Origin: Monocercomonoides exilis PA203
Lineage: Eukaryota > Protista > Preaxostyla
Assembly (NCBI GenBank): GCA_001643675.2
Contig: LSRY02000012.1
Span: 930,001 to 994,000 of the forward strand
Length of the DNA: 64,000 nucleotides
Direction of reading: 5' to 3'
Part shown: piece by piece, positions 9,001 to 17,422 of the stretch
Layout of the letters: each line of letters starts with the position of its first letter
Numbering within the stretch: position 1 is the stretch's first letter
The notes under the pieces: generated by a model
What the model was told of the DNA's origin: nothing
What the model saw: only the letters and a program-made list of their open reading frames with translations
Database searches by the model: none
Translations under genes and position numbers: made by a program

Positions 9001-11946
9001 ACACCACATGACGCAAACGACACTTCAACAGTTGCCTCAGCACTACATTCTGTAGTTGAGCAGGTCAACCAGCCATTCTCCGAAAGTTCTTCTGTGTTTC
9101 ACAAGAATCTAATTGAATTCCCTGCACCTTCTCCTTTGCTGCAGCTAATCATCTTCCAATATGTTACACTTGCCAGTCATATTTTGTCTGTGAGAAGTGA
9201 AAAGTTTTTCAACAAACTTCGAAATTGCCTTACACGTGCTGTCGAAATGGCATGGTCGAACTTCGCAAGCTCGCTTGACTGGCTTGTCCAGGCAGCAGTT
9301 CACACCCGAATGAAGATGGCTGTCCAGCAGCAAGCAATTTCTGTTCTCCGAACACTTCTCGGAAAGGATGAAGGAGATTCAGATGAAGACGCGGAGAATG
9401 AACCAACAGAAGGAAAGACATCGATGATGGGAGGGAAGCTTGGTGGAATGAACTCTTTTGGTGCAGGTGTTCCACCCAGAAGAAGCGGTGGAGCATCATC
9501 TGGATCAGCTTCCTATGACATCTCATCACTTACATCCACTTTACCCAGCATTCGGCAGTCCTCTTCTGCGCTTAGAAACGATCCATTTGCGAGTGAAGCA
9601 ATGGCTGCATTGTTCAGAGCAGATCCTGTGCTGCAAAGACTCGACGAGGCTGTCAGTGCACAGGAATGGGCAGCATCACAGCTGATCACCAGCGGATTCC
9701 GCTCCAGACGCATCATGCCGTCTCCTCCAGGATATGTGACGAATGCATTCGCATCGTCGTCTGGTGTTCCTTCGCTCAGCAACGCTTCTTTCAACTCGTC
9801 TAACTTGCATCCCTGCTTCTCGTGGCTCTTCCCATCTTTCCCTCAATCGCTTCTTGGTACATCTCCTGGACTGTTCTCCCGTTTTGGCACGTGGTCTTCG
9901 TGGAATGGTCTGGGCGGATGGAGAGGCGCAATTGCACGCCCTGCAAAACTGAACTCATCTCAAAAGACGCAAATGGAAAAATATCTCATTCGATGCAATG
10001 TGCTTATGAGAAAAGAAAGAGATTCAAACAGAAAACAAGCATTTTCTTTATCTCCTCATCTAACTTCGCTTATTACTCTTTACAATGAAGCATCAACAGA
10101 ATGTGCAGTATCTTCAGCAGCTGCAGTTACCGAAAAGGAAATCGATGGATACGGATCTTTGCGTAGTATGCTGACAGCTGAATCCAAAGCAGCTGCGTCT
10201 GATAACGTGGCTCGTGAGCAATCGCCAAGCATTGGCTCAGAAAAGACGGTGTCAACAACTGGAAGACAGTCTCTGGCAAGCTCACCACAAAGCAGCGATA
10301 GAAAGAGCGGAACTGTGGTGGTGAAAAAGAAAGGGCAGCAAACAATGTCATCAAAAGCAGCAGAGTTGCAGCAAAAAGTCGAACAGCGGAGAAAAATGGC
10401 AGAAGAAGCAGAAAAGAAACAACAGCTTGAAGCAGAACAGGAAAGAAAGAGAAGAGAACAGCTTCTGTTCAGACGGCCAGCTGACGGGCAGCAGTTGGGA
10501 TACTTTGACAGCTGCGAAGGACTTGATGCCTTGCATCCACTTCCGCCAATCATCCAATCTTCCTCTGATCCAACAGTGAAAACTCGAATACCAAACAAAT
10601 TTGACTCAAGAAGTGCAACAAACTCTCCAGTTCCTGCGCAGTCATCTTTGCAGAAGCCTTCCACACCTCCGTCTCAAATGCGGTGGAGTGTCACAGGCTC
10701 AGTTGTCGAGCGTGCTCGAACTGAAGAGAAACTGCGAGAGCAACTTTCACCAGTTACACAGTTTTATCAATCAGACAAGAAAAAGATTCAGCGCACATAC
10801 GATTCGCCTCAACGACGCATGGCTCAAACAGCTGATCAGATGAGAAGATCGATGGTTTTGCCGTCAATTTCACAGGGAGGGTACCAGCCTCAAATAACGG
10901 AGACAGCTTCCTCAATCAGCTCTTCGCTTGTCTTTTCAACTAATGCAACTACAAATACACAAATGCCTTCTCGTCAGTCACCTTCTTTGCTAACCAGACA
11001 ACTTAATGCAACTGAATCGCAGAGGCGAAGCGCCTCGGCTGGAAGAGATATGAGCCAGCAAATCTTTTATTCAACTGGGCGATCTTTTCATACTAATGGT
11101 GGTGAATTGGCAGCTACATTGACAATCAAAAAGCGCCATATGTCATCGGACAATGAACGAACAGTGGCAAAACTACGTTCTTCAATCACTGTTCCACCTT
11201 CGTCCGTGAAGCGTGTCATGCAGATAATGGATTCTAAGCCCAAAGAAGTGCGCCATCCAGAATCTCTCAACCGCACAGTGATTGGAATTCCCCGATCAAC
11301 ACCAGTCGTCCTCAAAGAAACGGCTTCTCCACTTGCGTCTTCTGTTCCGAACGAAGCTCATCTGCAACGTGATGGTCTTGTTGAAAGAGAAGTGAAGACA
11401 GCATCTGCTGGCTTGGCTCGTCTTCGCGATGCTCCTGTTATGGGTGTTGTAGCAACTCCAGACAAACTATCGTTTGGAAAAATATCTTCAAAGGGACTGT
11501 ATCGAATGACATTTTCACTGAAGAATAGAGGAATTGATGGAGAGCGGTTCTTTATTTCACCTTTCCCTCCAAAGGGACATTGCTTCAATGTGATCGCGGT
11601 ACCTCACATGATAGCAGCCGGAATGGAAGAGACTGTGCAAGTCGAGTGCGATGGTTCTATGGCAGAGACAATGATGGCAGTGCTTATGTCACCTCAAGGT
11701 GCTCCTGGATCTTCATTCACTGGAAAAGCAGTGAAAAAGCAAGGCGATGAAAGCGAAAGCAGCTCATATATTTCTGTTTCTGATGTTATCCGCATTTCGA
11801 CACAAAAGAGCATCATCACAATTCCTGTGAGCGCAGATGTTTATGTTGAGATGAAGCCCTTCCAGCTTCAGTTGGCGCCTTCTGTACGCTTCGTTGAGCA
11901 GCGTGGAGAAGACGAGGCTTCACCTCCGCAGCCACCTGTTGAATAA
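1..11946 (+). CDS. SPAG17: PF6/SPAG17-like central-pair (C1a projection) flagellar protein; 5' end lies upstream of the window
   Basis: Frame 1 is open from base 1 to TAA at 11944-11946 (>3980 codons, no intron needed), so the GTG 'start' at 64 is not the real start. Blocks recall SPAG17/PF6: EELPSFLLSQLL..RYFKPEDSLLVAV; IIRGMGTSIVRLSTGAVAVLLANGDVS; ITTRSDHVTVIQHQTGERLVHHADGTRIF; PRLFVIRPDKSGFEL. C-terminal PapD/ASH-like Ig domain: LSFGKISSKGLYRMTFSLKNRGIDGERFFI..IAAGMEETVQVE. Long Ser/Pro-rich insertions lie between blocks. Confidence 0.7.
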   Translation, partial: SRAPRFITTSSPQILSLVGGGVSSNIFTTSAGSTSVNGTADMHCPTLTVSALYPVLYALTKDIETLSSSLIQATAKGADLSGGRFGKGREAIANSTLLPSQIFGNSVSGGGEKGTSQNPHTRVAQTVTDETILVNGASRVFNMLVDAINPVLSPLAFHRANAAVAKARRSIASSAATPSEKDAITQNFSITAPPMTPQSIASPMVSSPVLSSASGPPLSPTGYSTASSSLNNGNVLFTPTLTLPPSTASSLLPTFISTTIAQHCSLSSFRESLLLLVDATKQAAAEHRVIASSLQRSYPSSALPADMLTLCDTEGDFAEARDFFSAIDEPLLKKTLADDDALLRVLLCAEFSEMLAIDADPQGCAFTSSNNVCGGLTFTPSRAIFGETENSLKNPSSAFFSPTDNAMINPFSDPSIQIILPSDNQKALRVSLGGFLFTADKTWDGFQFNQQSHKRDEDTKMRHFPCGVRWDGSDCSEQFVSNDGAVQLDTVRKRRTLSITSTPLSSKRIGGGGGGGSRLTDSTQPHQSPSGLSTSSTDDLTATADLLSLMRLDSSRDTAQHVSFNRLRALFASPLIDPAEYTVVEELPSFLLSQLLSRLCLFDPPIRTRYFKPEDSLLVAVGCCQDKEGAGAPDRQYWKHSFGQLPSFEEWNEQFVDQIAQSYPVQLNVTAHPPASFVAASPYFSAASLSSSSSSASSSSSSSSSFSSPLAASSSSLLPLPEVSTDTEILISSHQPSASDSKKTNQHSLSRSPSGVMKASRSQLPPNIATQPVPEAPQPTEESYLNGTAVRPLPTTSASLPRHPGCTNFGRPFITEQFSSYSAPRRQVNVRAVLERCGPSVELRIAAVHRRGHVFTMARRCTFRLMDAAEEDTRINSLCGTAAAAFVVALNEIADSVPISAVNTSYAAALRACLSKSPPVSQPPFAVPSAPSQSSALPEPAASPVASRSPSMAVLPSVATAQVSPASKQLPSPLTNNIFTPFSSFSPLLLSLFRSMFVSRSIDIAVAFCEAAQSALTRISQRLTIGGVSSAITGGFNLTDQSSMSGGANTLISSASPSASSSTTGFAMLASSSSSSSSSSSSTSSALSSPTRKKDLPEDLVKSGYLAQQLSPATINQNVPLEDIEQQLKRIMRLPLQSMFIAATHRALLPAKWQAPVVKALTSGQIVSSAVKSAANELSAELAEQEGLTDSDEMAAPSASPPPGMKGVFSPSTFSIGQPRDGNNYNNNSNNNLKTAAYSSLSPASLSLSNPVSNTRQPVGLRYVSSPTHTATFNDKTTASMRLFMKTQEVTTKKNANPLNAAAGQTFSPLASTSATSAEQSSPIFPPPSSPISSSTPQMSVSSSVQSSQSALQSFEVTYSTRSGMVVSVNSSDGTIRLSHAPASGEGNTTFGRGMGNMLMPNKNEITTQALISQKEAECREMVNRAIAIATNRGREGIQRYRRGETVHGLTQPVTNSEPEAGDVAEEKPAAKQSKKPEKQASSVSIVDKGSKGEKKLKSKNERGRSSQSNLHVEPDTLNTTQNMAIDPLSLSAEEMEVFRRCYTRSLYDALSRNGLASVFFESENDSSSPKAGNKKTSWADIDGGEKDWGTICRQRNWSTESFEDLDTSSEFNSAFPAFPDAADAPSTPDTSIRMSPLASTASLINSSSSSFSQPPFTSYSTPHHPLSTQSPPTECERIIRGMGTSIVRLSTGAVAVLLANGDVSACSGNEWVSVGKDGRRVARPLFSFPLISEDDPLTAACFKEVSFPLSVPVDSEGLPQLSSISEKNEDICLNNEKLESIAEVESPPEPLQITEQEPTDTTSTTQTNEEQEETKIQSALSQTQTTLPTVNQSPSLGSLRLPPSFPCPEALSNIAAAESIDATLSARITTRSDHVTVIQHQTGERLVHHADGTRIFHSFSFACDDEAIAHYEAETGNKAPMKAIICVEHPNTPRVLIHLVQKKLASIFGGREQSSPLSRSTTTQSSQQSLAPADVWVRDRIVVVMPDGAAIEWSANEKKIVLSKPDNTHIHYSSNGTVSVFVENSSRRAPPTVGVTGRLPLLFFNTLEGTLAVRPSKRSPPIPVPSSSERQVPQIKLVPSQQPTTPTLPSPTSVESRAQSDPSTQTEEATPPPPPPLLQSASTMTSVKRSTARKVFVTSMEGIASWTMAKNMRSATIARKVNGAFLPMLFGQGLDESYGISNQPSFGSTQSNISSNLNSSSYYKNSTGAPQLISSGAVSSEESRCCSASVLSGCSLVDSITAYPGAEDRDSPEWMEKKVKEMKQLKDRLEAEAAEEARKKRRKEIQDAKMRTIQSATSESSESAKAVKSSIHTPSTSIVDASMAQQAMNRDINTGEATADDETKSKGQADTKEEEEKAAAERKARSQISLARQRWIARLAALHLHQMEKVAEFVKEADAVFQPTRTPQDSAYAASSPSLPSHAAASREPMRVLPRLFVIRPDKSGFELHNKHAVRRLYPRCNDLQKSKNMDIFTAAASDFPTQIKKIIAQHNIHTGKSGSAATNETGQSSSSTERAELFDPSQFTLDIISSVINSFESSSGNSTELNTQRSSQKQADVDNGSLANISHLHEEHVQSILCRASESIPVISPVLHLGAINAVQYLSQFSGNNTSLERSSSQSNVNEASVNIQRKRNEEASGSTDPSSNTGDSTNYDSQSQTHSTPIDSVHIFPPSNVLPAGSIVSPARIPAEHLCTTDPHRAPFAVYVTAQTKRSQKTKVVSEVKKIPTIVSSAVDSVAGHMRHLSVSLRSNASSSQLSVFQQMEKGGTISPAFSASNLVSTPVTSEVKYHPAAFTIESTPAPAPALTVSYPLASSHLPNGKDQPSLVCSQCNRATSSSNSSYLKPLPVVHTTIIPCTCHPDSLTCTCRPVGFASKSAGDASACEGPAPHHALRPMWTPYHTDLLLFEPKTYRKDYLPPYIQQLELSHSHLQQIIDGQCPIPPPQSSQSSSPPSVQTQPQRITPMPTIAFGSIDATASKHSITPDPVSSSQSANDTSSTPITPHDANDTSTVASALHSVVEQVNQPFSESSSVFHKNLIEFPAPSPLLQLIIFQYVTLASHILSVRSEKFFNKLRNCLTRAVEMAWSNFASSLDWLVQAAVHTRMKMAVQQQAISVLRTLLGKDEGDSDEDAENEPTEGKTSMMGGKLGGMNSFGAGVPPRRSGGASSGSASYDISSLTSTLPSIRQSSSALRNDPFASEAMAALFRADPVLQRLDEAVSAQEWAASQLITSGFRSRRIMPSPPGYVTNAFASSSGVPSLSNASFNSSNLHPCFSWLFPSFPQSLLGTSPGLFSRFGTWSSWNGLGGWRGAIARPAKLNSSQKTQMEKYLIRCNVLMRKERDSNRKQAFSLSPHLTSLITLYNEASTECAVSSAAAVTEKEIDGYGSLRSMLTAESKAAASDNVAREQSPSIGSEKTVSTTGRQSLASSPQSSDRKSGTVVVKKKGQQTMSSKAAELQQKVEQRRKMAEEAEKKQQLEAEQERKRREQLLFRRPADGQQLGYFDSCEGLDALHPLPPIIQSSSDPTVKTRIPNKFDSRSATNSPVPAQSSLQKPSTPPSQMRWSVTGSVVERARTEEKLREQLSPVTQFYQSDKKKIQRTYDSPQRRMAQTADQMRRSMVLPSISQGGYQPQITETASSISSSLVFSTNATTNTQMPSRQSPSLLTRQLNATESQRRSASAGRDMSQQIFYSTGRSFHTNGGELAATLTIKKRHMSSDNERTVAKLRSSITVPPSSVKRVMQIMDSKPKEVRHPESLNRTVIGIPRSTPVVLKETASPLASSVPNEAHLQRDGLVEREVKTASAGLARLRDAPVMGVVATPDKLSFGKISSKGLYRMTFSLKNRGIDGERFFISPFPPKGHCFNVIAVPHMIAAGMEETVQVECDGSMAETMMAVLMSPQGAPGSSFTGKAVKKQGDESESSSYISVSDVIRISTQKSIITIPVSADVYVEMKPFQLQLAPSVRFVEQRGEDEASPPQPPVE

Positions 11947-12372
11947 ATGAGTATTTTCATTTTCATTTCTTTTTTTATTTTTCACAATCACTTCACCATG
12001 TTCTAGTAGTTTAAATTGGGATTATGTAAATCATTTCACATGTTTTTATTAATTTTTTTGTTTTTTCGGACGCAATTGACAAAAATAATATCAAAAGGAA
12101 TGAGAACTAAAAATCTATTTCTGCGCTCATTAAGCGCATCTTAGCTTTTTTGAGTGCCAACTTTGAAGTGAAACAACTAATTTGAAAGAGAGCAAGGCTA
12201 AAAAATAAATGAATGAAATTATCAAACAAATACAGAATTGATGAATTGCTATATACACATTTTTTATCCAACTAACATTGAAACCGAACACATTTAACAG
12301 ATAATGTGAAACAAAAAGTACACAAATAGACTTTCAAACATTAAAGTGATATGAACTGACATCAAGAGTCAA

Positions 12373-15300
12373 TCAACGCTTCGTGTCTCCCGGATGCAAG
12401 AAAGTGCAGCGATCGCCCATTTTGCATCCCTCAGGCGTGTTGTAGAATTTGCAAGGGATAGTTTTGTACTGACCTCCAGACTTAACATTGCGACTCGACG
12501 GAAAGCGACCATATTGTGACTGTGAAGGGTAGGATAATCCTCGATTTCGATAAGAAGAAGAAGAAGAGGAGGAGGAAGAGGAAGAGGAAGAAGAAAACGA
12601 AGAATATGAATGCGAAGCGTCCTGCTGATAATCAGAGTCTGGGGAAGAATAAGAACTGGAAGGAATGGAATACAGTTGATTTGGTGAGCTGCTTTTCGAA
12701 GGGTAAAATAAGGAAGCAGATGATATGTCTGTCGAAGAAGTTGAAGTAGTGGTAGAAGAAGGAGATGATGAAGATGATGATAAAATGGACGAAGTCAAAG
12801 ACGCTAAAGAAGCCGGATCAGACCCAACATTCTTTGCTCTTCCATCGTCGCCCAACACAATCCCATACTCCAATGCCAGCTTGCTCTTCCAGTCAAGTTC
12901 TTTCTCTGCTGCATCCAGCACCCCACTCTGTGCCCTCACCGAATCCACAAGCGGTTTTTCTCCCAAACGAGCAATCGGCTCAGTCGTGCCTGTTCGGTGT
13001 GTCCTGTCGAACTTGTTGGCCTTTGTCCGCTCGCCCAGCATCCTCTCCTGCTCAATCCTCTCCTTCAGCCGCTGCTTCTCCATCAGCTGCTCATACTCCC
13101 ACCGCTTCTCATCTTCAATCTCTTCTGCTGTTCTCTGTCTTATTGGCTGTGGCGGTGACTGCTGGCGAGGAGAGGAATAGCTGTCTGGACGCATCGAGCG
13201 GTCACCTGCTGAATAAGGAGAAGGTGGCAAACTGGACGGGCTTCGCGAAGAAGAAAATGAAGGAGAAGGATACGAGCGGCCGGAACGAGAAGGAAGAGGC
13301 GGTGAATTGCTTCTCGAACGAGAACGCGGGCGCCAGGTGTTAACTGGAGGAGTCTGCTTAAGCGGAGGAGTAGGCGGAAGCTGAATGTATTCTTCTGCTT
13401 CAATAGATGGTTCTTTATCAGGTGGTGTATACGGCCTCAGAAAAGCCTCAAGCTTCGATCGAGTTTCCTGTGATATCTGCTGTCTCTGATTGCTCTGCTG
13501 GAATGAAGGAGAAGGAAACTGTGAATACCTTTGCTGCGCAGCCTCTCTCTGTCGCTGCTCGTGTTGGTCAAAATATGGCTTGAGGTGCGGGAACTGAAGA
13601 ATAAGCACCTGCTGAAGCGCATCTGGGTTGGATAAAAGGACTGAGCGAAAAGACGGGTCTAGCGAATCTATCACCTCTTTCACTTCAGGAGGTAGAAGAG
13701 ATAGAGGATCGGGTTTTACAGGCTGTGGGAGTAAAGGTAACACTGGCTGCTGCGGCGGTAGTGGTTGTGGTGGAAGCTGAAGTTGAGGCTGTGGCTGAGG
13801 ATACTTTTGAGGAAAACTTCGTGGAAAGCCGCTGGCCAGTGTCTGAAACAATCCAAGCTTGGATGCTGCATCCTTGGCAGAATATGAATTGTAGGAATCA
13901 GGAGTATGAGTCGCTGACTGAGGTGAGCTGCCGTAAGAGTTGCTGGGTGGAACTCCTTGCCAGGGAGGCGGCGGGACATATGGAATTCGTGGAACAGAAA
14001 GGTCTTTCTGTCTTTGTGCCAGCCTTCGCCTTTCGAGTGCTTTGATCATGTCTGCTGTGGAGTCCTTGATGTCTGGCGAAGACCTCTCGTCGTCATACAA
14101 ATCATTCGAATAAATAGGCCTTTCCAAGTCTTCTCGTCTCCTCTTTTCCACACCATCGTATCCTCCTCTTCTGCGTCGCCCAGAAATTGAGTATCCGTCT
14201 TCATCCATCTCACCTCTTGCCTCTCCATAATCCTCATCGTTATCCTCGCTGTTCTGCCGATCCTTCGGCTCGGCCGGAGTCGACGGTGCCTTGTTTGACC
14301 CAATGTAGTACTCCCCAAGCACCTTCTTGTTTCTTTCTGTCATTTCGTGATAGAACGGCGTCTGCGGTGGAGGACGAGCAGGAAAGTCTGAGTTGAATCC
14401 AGTGATACGTGACGCCTCCTTCAGCGCTTCGAGTGAGTACTCAATAACTGGCGGGGAACTGTACGGAGCAAGCGTAAATCCGCTTTTGATATCTTCTTCA
14501 GTCAGCAGCCGCCTCCCGTCTGCTGCATACGACGCAGGACCAGAATGCGAGCCGTGGTGTTTTCTTGTGTCTTCGTCTGTCAAATAGACTGGCTTGAATC
14601 TGCGTGTCGCCAGGCTCAGCTGCTGGGCATCAAGTGCCAGGGCGCTCATCTTCTTCCTCTGGGACTCCATCTGCGGAGACATTGGTACTTTCTCTTCACC
14701 CACAAATTCATCGTCTTCTCTCATTCCCATCCTTTTGTTGTATCGATCGGAGCCTTCGCTTCTGTCACTCTCATATTCGTTCTCGCCTTCTTCTTCTTCC
14801 TCTTCAGCCTCCCAGCTGCCGTTGATCTGCATGTATGGCGATATCGCAAACGGGTTCGCGCGATAGAGCACCATGCACGTCACTGGCTGCCCAATGATGC
14901 GTGCCTTCATCCTTCCATTTTGCGATGCTCGCTGCGCAACTGCATCCTGCGCCGTCTTCAGCTCGTCCTCCTTCCCGCGCTGCACCCACTCCGGCAGCTG
15001 CGTCATCCACACATTCAGCTGGGTGTTCGAAATGGCTTCGGGCGACAGCAAGTCATCGTATTCTCCTCCTCTGTTATCCAACGAGGCAGATTTGCCTGCA
15101 TTGTACGGGAATATCAAAGCAGGTCGTTTTGACAGCGGAGCTCCAATCACTGTTGGAATTGGAGAAGACGTTGCCACACCCGGAAAGGGAAGTCGTGCTC
15201 CAGGCTGTGGTGTCTTGGATACTTGCAAGGCTGGTGGTAAATAAGGAGAGGCAGAAAATAAAGATGATAATCCTTGATTCGCAGTTTGAGCTGATGAAGG

Positions 15301-16054
15301 ATTGCCATGCTGCTGCTGCTGCTGGCGTATTGCTTGAATTGGAAGCAATGAAAGTGGTAGGTCCAAGTCTTGAGGCAACGCTGAATCATATTCTGGCTGC
15401 ACAGAAGCTGATTGAGAGGAAGAAGCAGAAGAATTCTGAAGTTGACGAGAGTCTTCTGGAGGTTGAGGCTGAAGAGCAGCGGAAAGCTTCTTTGATGCTT
15501 CACGAACGGACATATCTTCAAATTTTAATCCGCGGCGCACTCCTTTGTCGAGTGTTTTCTTTTCGTCTGCGCTTAAATAAGGCAAAATAAGTTTTATAAC
15601 AGCGTAGATTGATAAAATTAATGTTGCTGTCCTTGTAAATAACCATTTTTCAATGAGAAGCACTCCTCCACTATTTTTAAATCGGTCATATAACTCTTCG
15701 TCAAAATTTACACCCAAAATACATGAAAGATAAACACATCTTCCATTCGATGTTGTCTTATTTGTTAAAGATCATTTTGTTAAAGACGATATGAAAACGA
15801 AAATATTGAAAATCATGTAAATTTTACAAACCTCTTTTGCCATATCAGAAAGAAAAAGTTCAATTCCTCCTTCTTTTTTCATAGCATCTTCCTGCGTCAA
15901 AAATACTTCCATTTTCGATGTTGCCTGTTTAAAAAGAAACGTGAAACAAATTAATAACAACAAAAAAATATATATATAGAAAGCAAACATCATTTGTCTT
16001 TTCATGAAAATTTCCCCTCATATTTTGGAGATCTGTTTGAAGTTTAAAACGCAT
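12373..16054 (-). CDS. PPP1R10: PNUTS/PPP1R10-like protein: N-terminal TFIIS-N (TND) domain and C-terminal CCCH zinc finger; spliced
   Basis: Exons: 16054-15989 (tentative first exon), 15924-15832 (alternative ATG at 15912), 15756-12373; phase-0 introns GTTTGC..CAG and GTTTGT..AAG. The spliced N-terminus MEVFLTQEDAMKKEGGIELFLSDMAKETTSNGRCVYLSCILGVNFDEELYDRFKNSGGVLLIEKWL parallels the PNUTS N-terminus as I recall it (..FL..DG....DGI..IFSLMKE.....SRCTYLNIL......EIL.KFID.GG..LLNNWL). C-terminal YKTIPCKFYNTPEGCKMGDRCTFLH is a C-x8-C-x5-C-x3-H finger. Confidence 0.65.
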
Positions 16055-16537
16055 TTCCTCTGAAAATATCTCGTTTTGGACAATAATACACTCTAATAAT
16101 TCTTTCTTCACTAAACCCAATACTAATTAATAAACATATCTTAATGATTATTTCAAACGAGAATCTTTTTGAGTATTGGTTAAATTAATATTGCTGCATT
16201 GAAGTTGTTTTGATAAGCAGTGATTACACGGCGCATTTCTATATACAAATACAGGAAAATGTTTAAAACAATTGTATTTATGTGATGCAATTGAGAAAAT
16301 TAACAATTAATCGAATAAGTGAAGTGATCAAAAAAAAGAAAATTTACCCGTCGTATTTCAGCCGTCTGGACATTTTGCAAAATTTTGTATGGATATATTT
16401 AAATTACATTAAAAATCATGCAACATACTTTTTCGAACAATTCTCACAAACTCGATGAACAGCGTCCATGATGCAATTTGTGTTTCTAAAATTTTTGTTA
16501 ACTATTAAGGTTAATTTACCATAATAAAAAGATCAAA

Positions 16538-17294
16538 ATGACAATAACTCGTTTATTTACTCCACTGGATTTATTTAACGTTAATATGATAAATCTTGAT
16601 CAATACACGGAAAATGTTTTTTGTATTTATTAAAAAAATTCGAAATCATTTTCATTTTTCAGTACAACATAAAGTTTTATTTAGAGCATTTGGGGCGCTG
16701 GCCAGATATATGTATTGTTGAAGAAAATGCGTGGGGAAATATTGTTGGATATCGTATGAATTATAAAATTTGCCTTGACGCTTGTTTTGGGGAAATTAAT
16801 TTTTGAAAAATTTATAAAGATCTTGGTAAAGTTGAAGGGGAAGTTGACCAATGGCATGGACATGTCACAGCAATTAGCGTGAGTCCGTTTTACAGAAGAA
16901 TGGGATTAGGAGAAAAATTGATGAAATATGCCAGAGATATCAGTGAATTGTTTGTTAACAAATCATTTAAATTGTTTATCTAAAAAAATATTTTTTTAAA
17001 GAAACGGAGGGAATTTTGTTGATTTATATGTTCGCGTATCCAATAGAGCAGGAATTGGAATGTACGAAAGCCTTGGATATATTGTTTATCGGCATATTAT
17101 TGGGTATTATGCTGAAGGTGAAGATGCATATGGTTTGAGAAATACTATCACATTTTTTTTTTATTAAAGTTAACAATTGCCATTTCCATGACTTATTTTA
17201 AATAGATATGAGGCTTGCATTATCTCGAGATAGAGACAAAAAATCTGTTATTCCATTAAAACATTCAGTGAAGGCAGAAGATGTTGTTACTTAA
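16538..17294 (+). CDS. NAA20: N-terminal acetyltransferase B catalytic subunit (NAA20/Nat3), 5 exons, 172 aa; missed by the ORF track
   Basis: Exons 16538-16615, 16663-16753, 16820-16949, 17002-17132 and 17206-17294 join in frame to give MTITRLFTPLDLFNVNMINLDQYTENYNIKFYLEHLGRWPD...LGKVEGEVDQWHGHVTAISVSPFYRRMGLGEKLM...FVDLYVRVSNRAGIGMYESLGYIVYRHIIGYYAEGEDAYDMRLALSRD... This has the GNAT motif A (RRMGLG) plus the NAA20 signatures NLD..TE.Y, WHGHVTA and EDAYDMR..LSRD. Confidence 0.93.
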
Positions 17295-17422
17295 AAACAT
17301 TTCAACTTTGATAAATTATAAGCTATTATTTTATTGTTTTCCCCCAAAATAAATAAGAAAAAAATTGTGATATGAAATGAGCCAGCAACAAAACAAAGCT
17401 CTTCTTTAATACTCAAATATGA

